64,000 bases of DNA from Marsupella aquatica (Eukaryota; Plantae; Marchantiophyta). The first letter of the stretch is position 1. Every line of letters starts with the position of its first letter. Under the pieces are notes generated by a model. It saw nothing but the letters and a program-made list of their open reading frames with translations, had not been told where the DNA came from and ran no database searches. The stretch spans positions 18,914,857 to 18,978,856 of the forward strand of contig OZ316893.1 of the NCBI GenBank assembly GCA_973895155.1, given 5' to 3'. This document shows, in pieces, positions 49,993-61,912 of the stretch. Position numbers and translations under genes: made by a program.

Positions 49993-52900
49993 TGTGACAC
50001 GGGTAATGTGTCACTTAACCGAACGCAGGTCGTAGATTAGGTCTTATACGGTCATTGGGACCGTAGCCGTAGCGTAGAATAGCACGAATAGCCATCTTTT
50101 GCCATTATGAATAGATTAGGAGTAGGTTCGAATGATTACGAATTAAGGAAGAGGATTATTACGCTCAACCGAGGTACGGTGGCGGCGGCGGAGTAAAAAT
50201 CCATTAGAAGAATCACGCTTGGACTGAGACGCCGACTTTAGCTCATTATCAACGACCAAAACGGCCTGGCCCTCTCACGCTCGAGCTCACCCTGGCACCT
50301 CCATAAGAGAGGAGTCGATGGCATTGCGGGCCATTTGCTCATTTCTACCTTTTGGAATTCGTGGACGCTGCCATTTTCTTGCCTTCTTGCTCGAATCAAG
50401 CTGACCTTTACAAGGAGATCATCGAGGGATAAGAGCGGGTTGTGGCAAGATTTAGTCAGGGCAAGGAAGACCTCCACCAGTAAGCGGACTGAACAGCGGG
50501 AACGCGGACTCGACAAATCGGACTACAAAGGTTAGTATGACCCTTACAGCCTTGGGATTTTGGACCTTGTTTGGTGAGGTAGGTGCTAAGTTCTCTGAGA
50601 CTTACTGGTACTCTAGTCCCGAGAAAGCCGCTTATGAACAAAGATACGTGAAGCTGGTGGCCAAGGTAGCACAGGTTAATTGCGAGAAGACAGCCATCAC
50701 CAGGGATTCCAGCTACAACGAGCTGCGAGACTACATCACCAAGCTATATCTCAGCAAGGAAGGGCTTAGATCGGTAGCAGAGGCGATTCTTAAAGTCCCT
50801 CCAAAGTTCTTTAGGCTGAAGGGCAGCCAACGACTTACGCAAGTGGAGTTCGACAAGATCCCGGGGTACCTAGACCAGCAAATCGCAGCCAAAAAACGCC
50901 AAGAAGACATCAGCAGACAACGGGAAGCGGTGCGTAATCTTACGTTCCTCGGGGAAAGCTCCAACGCCTTCAATTGGGATACACCGACACCACCAATGCC
51001 TCAGCCGATGACCACCGGCGTACCTCCGAACCGGTCCCAAGTTTGTCTTGTGAATAACACCGAGTGTTCTTCGGGTTCCAAGCGAGTTAGTCCGCATCTC
51101 GAGCAGCGTTCTCGTAAGCGGGTAAGAACGACATCGACCCCCGAATCGACAACGCGGACCAACGTCGCTCCTGCACCTGCCCTGGCGAACCCCCCGGCCA
51201 ACCAGACCCGACGGCCCCCGGATAATCCCAAGTCTAACTTATTACAGGTAATCCGCGTTCTCGAGGTAGTCTGGATCGTGATCAAGAAACTCGACCACGC
51301 GGACTATCTCAAGGAGCATCAGTTGGAGCAGTTCGCTCACTTGCTATGGAGACCGTGCGCGGCCGGGCCAAAGGAGATTTGTGAGTTCATCTCCAATTTT
51401 GACACCAACGCATCGACCACCAAGGTTTTAGGGCAGACCTTATCACTCATGGAGCATCGGTTAGCACAAATCTTCTGCTTGCCAACCGGGCCGGTGCCGG
51501 TTGAACTCCAAATTTGGGATAAGGAGTATACACCTCGGCACTTCAAACCTGAAGGTAAGACGGACAACGGATACAAGCAGGGGTCGTGCACCAACTTAAT
51601 CTGCATGGAGCGGCTTAACTTCATACGAACTACCTACACATGATTGAGCCACAATCTGAGATCTCCCTCTATACGATCGTGCAGGTGGAACAATACAAAC
51701 GGCGGAACTGGGCCCAATTCTTTTACCAAAGGTTCTCAGGAGAGCTTAAGCGGGCTCAAGGAGGTATGGCTATCGGGGGGAAGACTTACCTGGGAAGTCA
51801 TATCGCCATCATCCTTGCCTGGTACAAGGCACGGCGGGAGGCCAGGGGAAAGAATATGGCCACCTCAGCCCCGACTAATGTCACCCCTGCTACAGAGGAG
51901 GCTACCCCGAACGAGCGGACTACCTCGCCTCGGGCAAACCCCAAGCCGGAAGCCCCAACTAATGCTCCGTCACCTCCTCGGGTTGAAATTCCACCGCCCC
52001 CTTCCGTCGAGCCTCCGCTACCACAAGTACAACCACCTCCAATCCCTCCACCACCTGAAGAAACCTTCCCCTCCCGAGCGCAGACTACGGAGGAGCTCGT
52101 TGCCCCGCCCGAGGAACCACCGGTACCCGATAGGATGGAGGACTACCAAGTAGCCCCAGGGACCATGGCCTACGACCTGGTCTAGAAGTTTAGTCAGACT
52201 CTATCAGGGGAGCTGGCGACGTACATCGGACAACAAGTCTCGGCGTACTTTCAACTAGTCTTCTTCATGTTAGAGCACCAACCACGGATCGTAAGCCGCT
52301 TGGAAGAAGAACTCATGGCGAAGGGGAATGAGATTGGGCACTTCCAAATGTTGGTAGAACACCTCAAGGAGGAGGCCACTACCCGCCGTGAGGAGTTAGT
52401 CCACACCGTCGAATAGCGGGACGGACTAACCCAAGAGTTAAGCAGGGCGCAAGCGGATCTCAAGAAGATGGACGATACTGTGCTTCAGTTGCGCTCGGAA
52501 TCCTCAGCCCGGGTTACCAGCCTGACCGACCTCAACAACCAATTCCTACAAACAGCTCAGCAGGTAGCTAGTCTCTCCGCCGAACGGGATAAATTGCTGA
52601 CGCAGGACCAGACCCATCGCGACTCCATTAACCAGCTCAACCTGGAGGTAGCACGGCTCCAGGCAGAGGCCGATGAAGCTGCGAACGAGGCTGAGGAGGC
52701 AGTGCGGGACAACAAGGCCTTACAGGACCGCATTACCCTGCTCGTCCTCCAGCGGGGAAGACCTGGGCCCACCTCTGATCAAGGCGGCTCGAGGTCTCGC
52801 CCTGACAGAGGGATAAACCCTGGTCCGACCATGGCTCGCACGTAAGGGGTGGTTAGCGAAGGGAGGAAGCAGGCGCCGCGCAAGGCGGTTGAGTCAGCGG

Positions 52901-53833
52901 CATCTTCTAGTTAGGCGTAACGACAAAATAGTTGTCATTAGGCGCCGATTAGCGGCACAGTAGGAAGAATTAGGACCGGATCAGTTAGGATCAGCCAATG
53001 TAGGATAGAGTCCATCAACGGACTAGATTTTGGTCAGTAGACTTAGCTGCTGCCATTCCGGTCAGCGCCCTTGTCGTCAACGATCACCGGCCAGAGGAGT
53101 GTGGCCGGCTAGTCAAAGGGTAGTTAATCAGTAGGCATTACCCCGGAAGGTAGTATCTTCCGGTTCCTTTCCGCAACCATAGTATTTAGGCTTTCCCTTC
53201 CGCTGTGGGGAGGGGGAGAAGGCTTAGTTATCTCAGCGTAAGGAAAGGCGAGGCACGAGGAGTCCCGGCCTGAGCAGGGTCAGAGCGCACCAAGGAGTGA
53301 GAGCCAAAGTCGAGCTTGCTGGGCAAGTGCGGGGCGGGGCTTCGTAGAGACTGGGCATCGACTGCCGTTGGGCCCGGTGACCCCCCTTAGAAGTTGAGTC
53401 AACTATGTAAACTGATTCTTCGCTGAGTAAATGTAGTCTTTTCCCTCTAATGTTTTCATGAGTAACTGGTGTTGTGTGTATGCTTTGTCTGGGCAAAGGC
53501 GCCATTTCAAGGGACGTACCGGGTGTGGACTAATGGTAGGGATTGCCACCCATTGCATGTCACAAGGTTCTGTCGCGTCGATGCCTTGAAAGCCCCAAGC
53601 CAGGAGTTAGTCCGAGTCACTAACTGTGGGAATATTCCAGTGGTGGAAAACAAATATACCTATGACTAGTACGAGTTGCGTGAGTATTATACTAGTAAGT
53701 ATATTGCCTTAGCCCGACTTAGGGTCAATCAAGGCCACTACACACCTCCTCACCCGAACCCTCACCCCTACTGGTGGTCAAGGTCGCCCCATGGAACTAA
53801 ACTGGATTTAAGGCCCGGGTTAGGGGCGCGACA
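49993..53833 (+). mobile_element. 3841-bp TG...CA element with 5-bp TSD, no internal LTR pair, no gag/pol: probable long solo LTR carrying an ORF
   Basis: CTTGC|TGTGACAC...GCGCGACA|CTTGC (TSD at 49988-49992 and 53834-53838). Removing it rejoins the host frame RRALA-TSMSDRAIL. It is richer in GC and CpG than its host. Confidence 0.88.
50537..52845 (+). pseudogene. Retrotransposon accessory ORF (~770 codons; Athila/Tat extra-ORF-like domain, Pro-rich linker, coiled coil)
   Basis: ORF 50537-51643 overlaps 51640-52185 (one frameshift). That frame continues through TAGs at 52183 and 52414 into 52468-52845. ICEFISNF...KVLGQTLSL...LAQIFCLP...NWAQFFY...YLGSHIAIIL resembles plant LTR-element extra ORFs. 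Heptad-rich C-terminus. Confidence 0.6.
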
Positions 53834-56800
53834 CTTGCTACTAGTATGAGTGATAGAGCCATACTAGACCAGCATTGTGGCAAAGATCAATGAGTCCCAG
53901 AGTGTTGGTCGGGATACAAATTACTGTCATGGGTGATGTTCAGAAGGACCCGATGGAGCTGCAGAGGTTGAAGCTTTTCTACAACTTTTGTCTGTGCCAC
54001 ATGTCATTGATACCAAAGCAACGGAACTTGGAGTCCAACCTGAACGCTCATTGTAGTGGGTTGAGTCATCTTGATTACGTGACAAAAAGTCAGAGGCCCG
54101 CAAGAAACAAACCTGTTATGTCAGGACGTCCTGGAAGACCCCGAACTGTGGACGGGAGGGATGTCAAACAACAGACAATCCAGGGGTTTTTGAGCCGTTC
54201 GTCCATTGCAGGTGCCTCCAGCAGTTCCTCTTGGGTGCCTACAGTAGACAATGACAGAGGTATTATTGATAACTTATCACTTTTGTGTTGGGGTCTATGG
54301 CGGGATGAGGTACAATATGGTTCAGAATCCAAGCCTATCAAAGGAGTCTTGAACGACCAAGTCAAAGTAGAGGGGAACTGGTTTGCAGAGCCTCTGGTCA
54401 GGGTAGAGGTGTGGTGTTTGTCCACTCAAGAGACTTGTGTGATCATGGGTTTATTCAGACATTCCAAATGTAGGCGAATTTCACAAGAAGGGGGTGGTTT
54501 TGAAGATTTGACATGCTCAAAATGTTTTTCCATAAAAAAATTAGATGACTTTAGACAAAGGGTATCAAGAGAAGATAAAGCCCCTGAGAAACGGGGTTTC
54601 AGAGGGACCGGGAAGGGTAGGCGCTTAGGGTACCTCACAGTTTTTGAGATTCAAAGGCAAGCTAAAGTGTATAGGAATACTCTTTGCAGAGAGAGAAAGT
54701 TACAGAGATTCCTCAGCCACAAATTGCTTATGTTTAAGTCCTCAGTTCCAAGTGTTAGGGAGGTTTGCCTTAACTATCAGGGTCCAAACAAGGAATCTGT
54801 CTTGAAAACTTGCCAGTCAATAGTTTTAGCACACAAAAGGGGCGCATTTGGTGGAAGGGGTGCTCTATGGGATATGTTGTCAGATATAGCTTCGAAGTTG
54901 AACAAAGAGAAGGAAGGCTATAGATATAAGCCAGGAACAAAGCTTCTATGCCAGACATTGTTCTTCCATGGTGGGCGCCGTGTAGTTGACTGCCTTTCCA
55001 CTAACGGAATAGGGCCTAGTTTAAACACCCTGCAATGAGACAAGAGAGGTATGCCAGTGTTCAAAGCAGGGCTCCATGAATCTCAATTCAAGTTTATTGC
55101 AGAGATCTACTCTGAAATTAAAAAATGCCTGGATATATCAGGCCCAATTCCCTGCTTTTTGGCAAAGGACGAGACCTATGTCAAGCGAACAGTAAGGTAA
55201 TTTGCCTTTAACAGCTTATGAATATTTGTCAAAGCTGTTCAATGACTTCTCTACTTCAAGTATGTGGAGTTCTTTGAACATACACTGAAGTAGTGACATC
55301 TTGCATTCTTTGCAGATGGTTGCCTAAAGATGATACACTTCTTGGGTTTTGTGGAAGCAAAACCGACCATGAATGTAAGACTGGATTGCAGATAGAGGTG
55401 TGGCAGGGAGAAGTTGGCTTCAACAACATTATAGGTGCTTTTGATAATTCAAGGGTAGGGCACCTTGCAAGGTGTGTGATAGTGAATCCCCTTGCTGTGG
55501 GGTTCCCTCGCTTGCCTGTACTGGGCACGTCAACCTGTAATACATTTGACAGTCCTTGGGTCAGGCGACAGTGGAGTGACATGGATTCAATGTGGACCAC
55601 CCACTGTCTAGAGAAGGTGGGCCTTGTACTAGGCCACGCAAGTGATGGGGATTCGCGAAGACAAAAACTCATGCTTGAGGACTACAGTGGAAGAGGGGTA
55701 CCAGGGCCAAGGGCACCAAACCTGATGTGGGAAGGTTGGAAACTGACTCACACCATGACCAATGATGGAACATTGAGGCATGCAACAGGGCTACATGATC
55801 GGGATTTTATCCACAATGGGAAGAAGCTAGTTAATCCACTGGATTCTACTGCCCGGATCCTAAAATTAGGGTCACGGGTGGCAAACTTGAGTCACCTGAG
55901 ACAAGTCTACCGTTTATATGACCATGAAGAGCATGGTCTTAACGAGGAGGACATAAGACGTGCAGACAGGCAAAATTGGGCAAGTGCACAAAGGCTGTGT
56001 AGCCGCAAAGTGAGTTCCATGCTAAAGATGCTACGATTGCGCAAGGATGCAAAGGTGGAGTTGGCACTTGGGACTGAGGTTTATACAGGGATATGTGCTG
56101 ATTACTTGGACATATTTATGAATACCCGACTCACTTTGCGAGAGAGAATTGTCCTATGTGGGAAAGTGGGTTTCTTTTTCAGGTTGTGGCGTCTATGGTG
56201 CTTCCATGGTAATCATGCAGTTGGAGGTAACACACAGAGTATAACTTTTACCAAAAGTTGCATCCCTATGCAGACTTTCCTGGACATACAGATGTCAGTC
56301 CATTTTGTAGTCTTCTTGATAATTCAATTTAGGACTAATTTCCGTCATCTGCTAGTGCCATTACATCTGACCGGGTCAGATGCTTGTGAACAGTTTTTTT
56401 CAAGGTAGGGGGTATGCGGGGTAATGAGCAGAACTATGATATAGCAGAATTAATAGAGTGTGCAACCTCCCTTAATAGGTTGGCTGCAATGGATCTGGCA
56501 GAGGGAATGATGGGTGTTGGACAAAGCCATAAAAAGCATAAGAGCATTTGGATGACTCTTCATCTTGCAGAAGAGGGGATTGATATAGAGGCAGACCAAT
56601 CAGATTACACAGGGATTGAGATGAATGCAGATGTCGTCCTAGCTTTGAAAGAGGGGTTCAAGTTGGCTCAAACTACAGCCACTGAATTGCAAATGAATCC
56701 TTCAACATCTGCCAACAACAAACTATGGTGGAATTCACCATGGAAAGTTGAGGAGAAAGGCACCAAGTTTGGTGGCTGGTGTAATATCAATGTGGACACC

Positions 56801-58048
56801 CTGGTAGATGTGCGGGATACTCTACCTCTTGAGTCCACCCCTAGAACCACCTCCACTGAAAGTGTACTTGGAACTGCATCATCATCTACACCAATCTCAG
56901 CCCCAATGTCTAGCCCAAGCTTGCAGGCGGGTGTCATCCCTATTGTCATTCCTACTGGCAAGGAGAGGGAGGTCCATAGGGAGGTAGACCCAAATTTAGA
57001 GGTGGTTGGGGCTGAACTGGAGGCTACCATGAATGTAATGTATTCAAACTTGGTTTATGGGGCGCCCATACAGGAAGTGTGTCCAACTGTCACTCATAAT
57101 GGATGAGAGATCTACAAAAGTACGTTGGTAAGTCAGCTTGTTGGGAACCCTCATCTTAGTAAGGACCGGCTGACCCGAGTGAAGCAGAGTATATACTTCA
57201 ATAACTTGGTGGATAAACCCACATTTCGTGAAGGAGTTGCAACTATGTTCATGATAGTCGGCAGTGATTGTGGGGTATTCTTTTTGGATGAAACAGAAGA
57301 GGTCAGAACTACTCGAAACACAGAGGCCAATTCTAGAGCACAGAAAGGGAAGGGTCAAGGGGGAAAAAGGAAACAATCGGTGCAAAATCCAAGGAGGCCA
57401 AGAGGTGAAGCAGTACCTGCATCTTCTGCTCCTGGTCCAAAATATGGGTGGTGGATTGGTAGAGTACAGAGCATACATCGAAAGTATGGTGGCACCATTG
57501 CCAGATCAAGAGAAGCACTAGATCTGCTAGATAGGCCTGGTTCTGAAGCAGGGTGTCAAGTTGTCTTCAATTGGTTTACTCCTATTGGCACTCGTAGGCA
57601 TAAATTTGCCTACAATATATGTGATCCTCAGACCATCGACTTGGACTGTGTCATATCAACAGTCAATTTCACAGTTGATCCATTGTATCCTTCAGTTTTT
57701 GAGTTACATCCAGATGATGTACTTGCGCTCGACAATTTTGTAAGGAACAACATTGTGTAATCAGGTGGAGTTTCCCAAGGTACATCCCTACCCTAGACTT
57801 CCATCTCATAGTGGGAAAAACATTGTTTGGTTATAGGGAAGGCAGTAAGGAAGGGTATATAATCTATTCATTTCATCTGCAATTCATTGGTAAACCTGCC
57901 TACCTACAATGTGACTTCTTGCACTCTTCAATATAGTATTATCATCTCAATTCTCTGATTTGCTAAGTTCATATTGCTGATATAATATGGTTTGGTCCAT
58001 TGTGGATTAGGTTATTGACATCAGCTTGGGGTATATTACAATCAAAAA

Positions 58049-58462
58049 ATGGTGTTAGTTACTGGAGTCAAGAAGAAGTGCATACGTGATCTTGGAAGCC
58101 CTGCAGTACCAAGAGGCAGAGTGAGAAAAGGAATTTGGAGATCTGCAAAGAGTAAACCTGTAGGGGATGAAGCCAAAGTGATTGAAGTTCCTGCAAAGAG
58201 GAAACTTGTAGGGGATGAAGCCAAAGTGATTGAAGTTCATTGTGATGATGAGTCTGTATTTGATACAGGCTTAGAAGCTTGTGATGTTGTGGTTCCTATT
58301 CTAGAGTCAAGTGTGAAGGGGCTATGTAGGATAGTTAGGATTGAAAGATCTAAGCATGTGTGTGCTGTTGTGCCGGCACACTTCTACAATCAAATTTTTT
58401 GGCCTACAGAATTGCATGTAAAGCTTTGCTTAACAGAGCATCCTAATGGCGATGGAGGCTAG
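58049..58462 (+). CDS. Small ORF near the right end of the DNA transposon, with a 16-codon internal duplication; function unknown
   Basis: ATG-initiated, 137 aa; VGDEAKVIEV is repeated (48-bp tandem duplication at ~58143-58238). Confidence 0.3.
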   Translation: MVLVTGVKKKCIRDLGSPAVPRGRVRKGIWRSAKSKPVGDEAKVIEVPAKRKLVGDEAKVIEVHCDDESVFDTGLEACDVVVPILESSVKGLCRIVRIERSKHVCAVVPAHFYNQIFWPTELHVKLCLTEHPNGDGG

Positions 58463-58863
58463 ATGTAGTAAATCTAAACAAGGTTGTGATTTAGCAGCCC
58501 GGCAATATTTACTTGTAGTTATTAATAGCATGTTCTCTTTCATACAATTCTAGAAAGTACATCAGTGAATTCTCTATACCAAAGAGACTTTGATAATAAA
58601 AGTATACAAGTATTTTCATCATAGTTAGCTTTGGGTGTTTTTCTTGTATTTTGAATGAATTTTTTTTATAACGGAGCAACGTGAATTAAATTATCTCAAT
58701 TTATTCTTTTATAATAACTAAAGGATATAAACAAAGGCCAAAACTCGGATTTTTAGAAGTAACAAGAGAAATATAAATTATCAAAAAAATATTAAGAAGG
58801 GGTACCAAGAGGAGGGCCAATCGTAGGGGGTCTGGATATTTTACTAGGACTGAGGGCCCAGGG

Positions 58864-61859
58864 TGATAACCACGAATGGCATCCACTGGCAACAACTGTG
58901 GGTAACGTTCGACCAACAATGCCACATGACGTAATGAGACTCTACGTGCTATCTCATTAGTCTCCACATACAAATAACAGCGCACAGGAATGTTGGCTTG
59001 AAGAACGGCAGCCAATCCAGTGCTAATTCCACCAAATAAATCCAACAAACAAATGCCCTCATGTGGATATTGCCATGCAATAGGAGTAGTATTCAGTGGT
59101 GAAAGAGTCACTGGTCCATTTGCAATTGATTGCTCTGCTCCTGATTGCGGTGTAAAAGCATGACACCATGCATCATGTATCAATCGGGCCGCACTTTGTG
59201 GCAAGGCCTGTCCAGTACCCCATACTGGTGTCACAACACTATCAATGGGCAATCCATGCATCAAGTGTTCCTCATGTGTCTCCTCCACCATAGGAACATC
59301 TGCTGCATGTGCGTTACCCTCAATCAAATCATCAGCTCCAGTAATCAAACTATTGAATGCTGCCAAAGATAATGGTGCAGATTTGGGGCCTCCAACAGGT
59401 CCACTAAATTGCACTGGCAATTGGCTCAATCGAGCATCTCCAGATTGCCAATCGGGTCGATACGACACTGATTCATTCCAAAAATCAAGAACAAATCCCA
59501 TAGGATAGAGAATTGTACATCCCACCAAGACATCATATGACTGAGCCTTAGTCAAAATAGCTCAACCCTAGATCCGTGAGTTATCCTTTGAATGATCCTC
59601 TTGAATCCTAAGTTCAAGTGCTCGTTGAGTGATATGCTGTGTGGGTGTAGGTCCTCCCAATGAAGTCTGAATGGGAAAGGGACACTCCTCCAAATCATCA
59701 GGACGCAATCCCAATCCTCTTATCGCAGACTTACCCAACATCAAGGGCTGAGCACCAGTATCCAGTAACACTCTCTCTGGCTGGTATATTGCTCCAAAAG
59801 GCCCAACTAATCGGAAGATACCACTCCAATTATCCAATGATATGACGCTAGGTTTAAACCTAGTCCTCTCATAAGCAGGGCGCGCTGGTAAATCTATCAA
59901 CCTTGCCGTTGTTGCATACCATGTTTCATTACTGGCAATAGGTGGATTCAACTCCACTACTTCAAAATTGGGCGTTGCTTCTGCACGCAAAGCAACAGCT
60001 GGAGTGTCCTCGCATAATGTGGCCGCCAATCTGAACACCTCTGCTGGACTAACTCCCAATGTCAACATATCCGTAGCTAAAAATAATGGCGTGCGCACTA
60101 TAGTAGTGGCCGCCCCCAATAGGGTACTTGTCATCCCTATCACAACATCACTTGAATCCGCCAACTTACCCCCACCTGGTTTAGTCCGAACCGGATTCAT
60201 AGAGGTAGTTTGAACTGCCTCTAACAATGTAAATGATTGGGGAAGCTTCGTTTGACGACGAAGATCCCCTCTCTGTGGATCCAATTCTACCACTGCTCCT
60301 CGTGGCTCAAGGGCTTTTGCTGCTCCTCAAGTTAAAGCTGCTGATGCATCAACATGCGCAGTGCCACACATAAATCCCATGGTGGCAAGATCTCCATCAG
60401 CTCCATAAGAGATTGAAGCTCGATAGGATGTAGAAGCTCCATCACTAGCAGTAGGTCTAACTTGAGAACTAGCCATTGCAGCTAGTTGTTGCTCCAATTG
60501 AGCAATCTTTGGATCTGTGGTAACGGTAGGAGCAACATTACCTCCCTGTCTTCCTGCATGTGGCATGCCTCGACCATGTCCACCACCTCTACCTCCTCTT
60601 CCCTGATCATACGCACGTGGTCCTCCCCGTCATAGTTCAGGATGAAGTACAAAACACCTATCTTTGGTGTGTCCAGCAACTCCACAATGATCACACTGTC
60701 GTTGATTAGGTGTAGATGCCCCTCCTTGCCCCCTAGTATCCGGGCAATATCTTTGTGCATGATCCCCACCATAAGTCCAACATCCTGATTGTTGTCCAGC
60801 ATAAGAAGGCACAGGTCTCTGACTAGTAGATTCCCGTGTTGTAGGCTTCTCTCTCTGGCTCTTACGTGCAATAGGTTGCGGTGTGGGCGTCGATGCAACC
60901 TTTGGTGCTTCCTTGGCAAATCCGGAAGTCACCACCTTCTCATTCACCATATTGAGCTCAATGTGCTCAGCAAGTGCAAAAACTATAGCCAATGTGGGAT
61001 CTGAATCCCTCAATAGAGTGGCATCTCTCACTCTACGACGCAACTCCCTATCCAGAATTGCATACCAAAATTGGACCGCTTGGGCCTCTGTCACTCCTTG
61101 TGTGACCGTAATCAACCTTCGCATACGAGTGTATGCCTCACGTAGGCTCTCTCCAGTCTTGCGTTGGAACTCCTGAAGACCCTTCAACTTATCGGTTCTC
61201 ACACCCTGGTAGTTCTGCTTCAATACTTCAAAGAACTTCATCATAGGGTTAAATGTTGGTGCAGCTCCACTTCCAGCCACAATCACACCGGTAGGAGTAG
61301 CGGTGGATGCTAATGGAGTGCCACTCTGGCTAGTGCTGCTAGAAGAAGCCGTAGCTATAGCAATGGGTTGGGCAACCGCACTTGTGCCATAAGTGATGGA
61401 CACATAGTTTGGTGACCAATGCTGTCTCCATGCCTCAATATCCACTAAATGAGCCTTTCGAAACTCATGGTAGTCATCCATGGGTGGCCCCTCCAAATGC
61501 TGAAACAACCCTTTCCAAGCCATGAAAGGTGTGAACAATGTGGCATTACACATTGTATGCATATCACACCACGTATCAAACTCTTGGATGAAATCATCCA
61601 AATCAATCGTGCCGACTGCACCAGAGTATCTCTTCAGCCCTTTCGTGACCCCATACATCTCCTCCATATCCCACAACAATGGAATAGTCACTTGATGTCG
61701 AGGAGAAGTGGCTACTAAGTCCTCGTCAGAATCACTATCTGAAACCCCACTTGTGACCACTAACAATGTCGTCGGCCGTAATTGCACTCCACTCCAAGTG
61801 AAACCAGCCCGTCGTCCCTCGGGTAGCCCCGTATCAGCAGAGGACTCTGTGATGACCAA
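58864..61859 (-). pseudogene. Gag - zinc knuckles - aspartic protease - C5 DNA methyltransferase (N-terminal fragment) polyprotein
   Basis: Track ORFs 60630-61859, 60327-60566, 59568-60293 and 58701-59555 are all in one frame, separated only by stops (TGA 60630, TGA 60327, TAG 59568, TGA 59562). Gag LKRYSG...DDFIQEFDTWC and FQRKTGESLREAYTRM; knuckles CWTYGGDHAQRYC (degenerate) and CDHCGVAGHTKDRC; protease VLLDTGAQ...YDVLVG; MTase motif I/II ICLLDLFGGISTGLAAVLQANIPVRCYLYVETNEIA at 59054-58947. Confidence 0.82.
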
Positions 61860-61912
61860 TTTTCCCTAAATGGTCACCATCAACTCACCACTATCAATAA
61901 TCAACCAATTGG

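Larger units (their letters stand above)
49223..57760 (+). pseudogene. Disrupted DDE transposase, P-element/THAP9-like (DxxH class), with two N-terminal C2H2-type zinc-finger-like motifs
   Basis: Pieces 49223-49992 | LTR-type insertion | 53834-55196, intron 55197-55315 (GT...AG, joins DETYVKRTVR-WLPKD), then 55316-57760. Candidate catalytic motifs DET, HASDGD, DFIHNGKK (DxxH), DRQNW, GSDACEQFFS. Zn-finger-like CCEC...KHLRSSKH and FCLC...HCSGLSH. Stops at 49772, 55036 and 57104; frameshifts near 53870 and 56405. Confidence 0.72.
43732..58863 (+). mobile_element. Large TIR DNA transposon (~11.3 kb net of a nested insertion) encoding a P-element/THAP9-like DDE transposase
   Basis: Perfect 16-bp inverted repeat CCCTGGGCCCTCAGTC at 43732-43747 and its reverse complement at 58848-58863. 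Both ends coincide with truncation points of flanking elements. Contains a transposase pseudogene and subterminal repeats. The exact terminus within the IR is uncertain. Confidence 0.7.

Noticed and set aside
58701-58863. Hydrophobic C-terminus of track ORF 58701-59555 as a transmembrane/env segment
   Set aside because: It is read-through into the AT-rich end of the DNA transposon beyond the TIR junction, not part of the retroelement protein.
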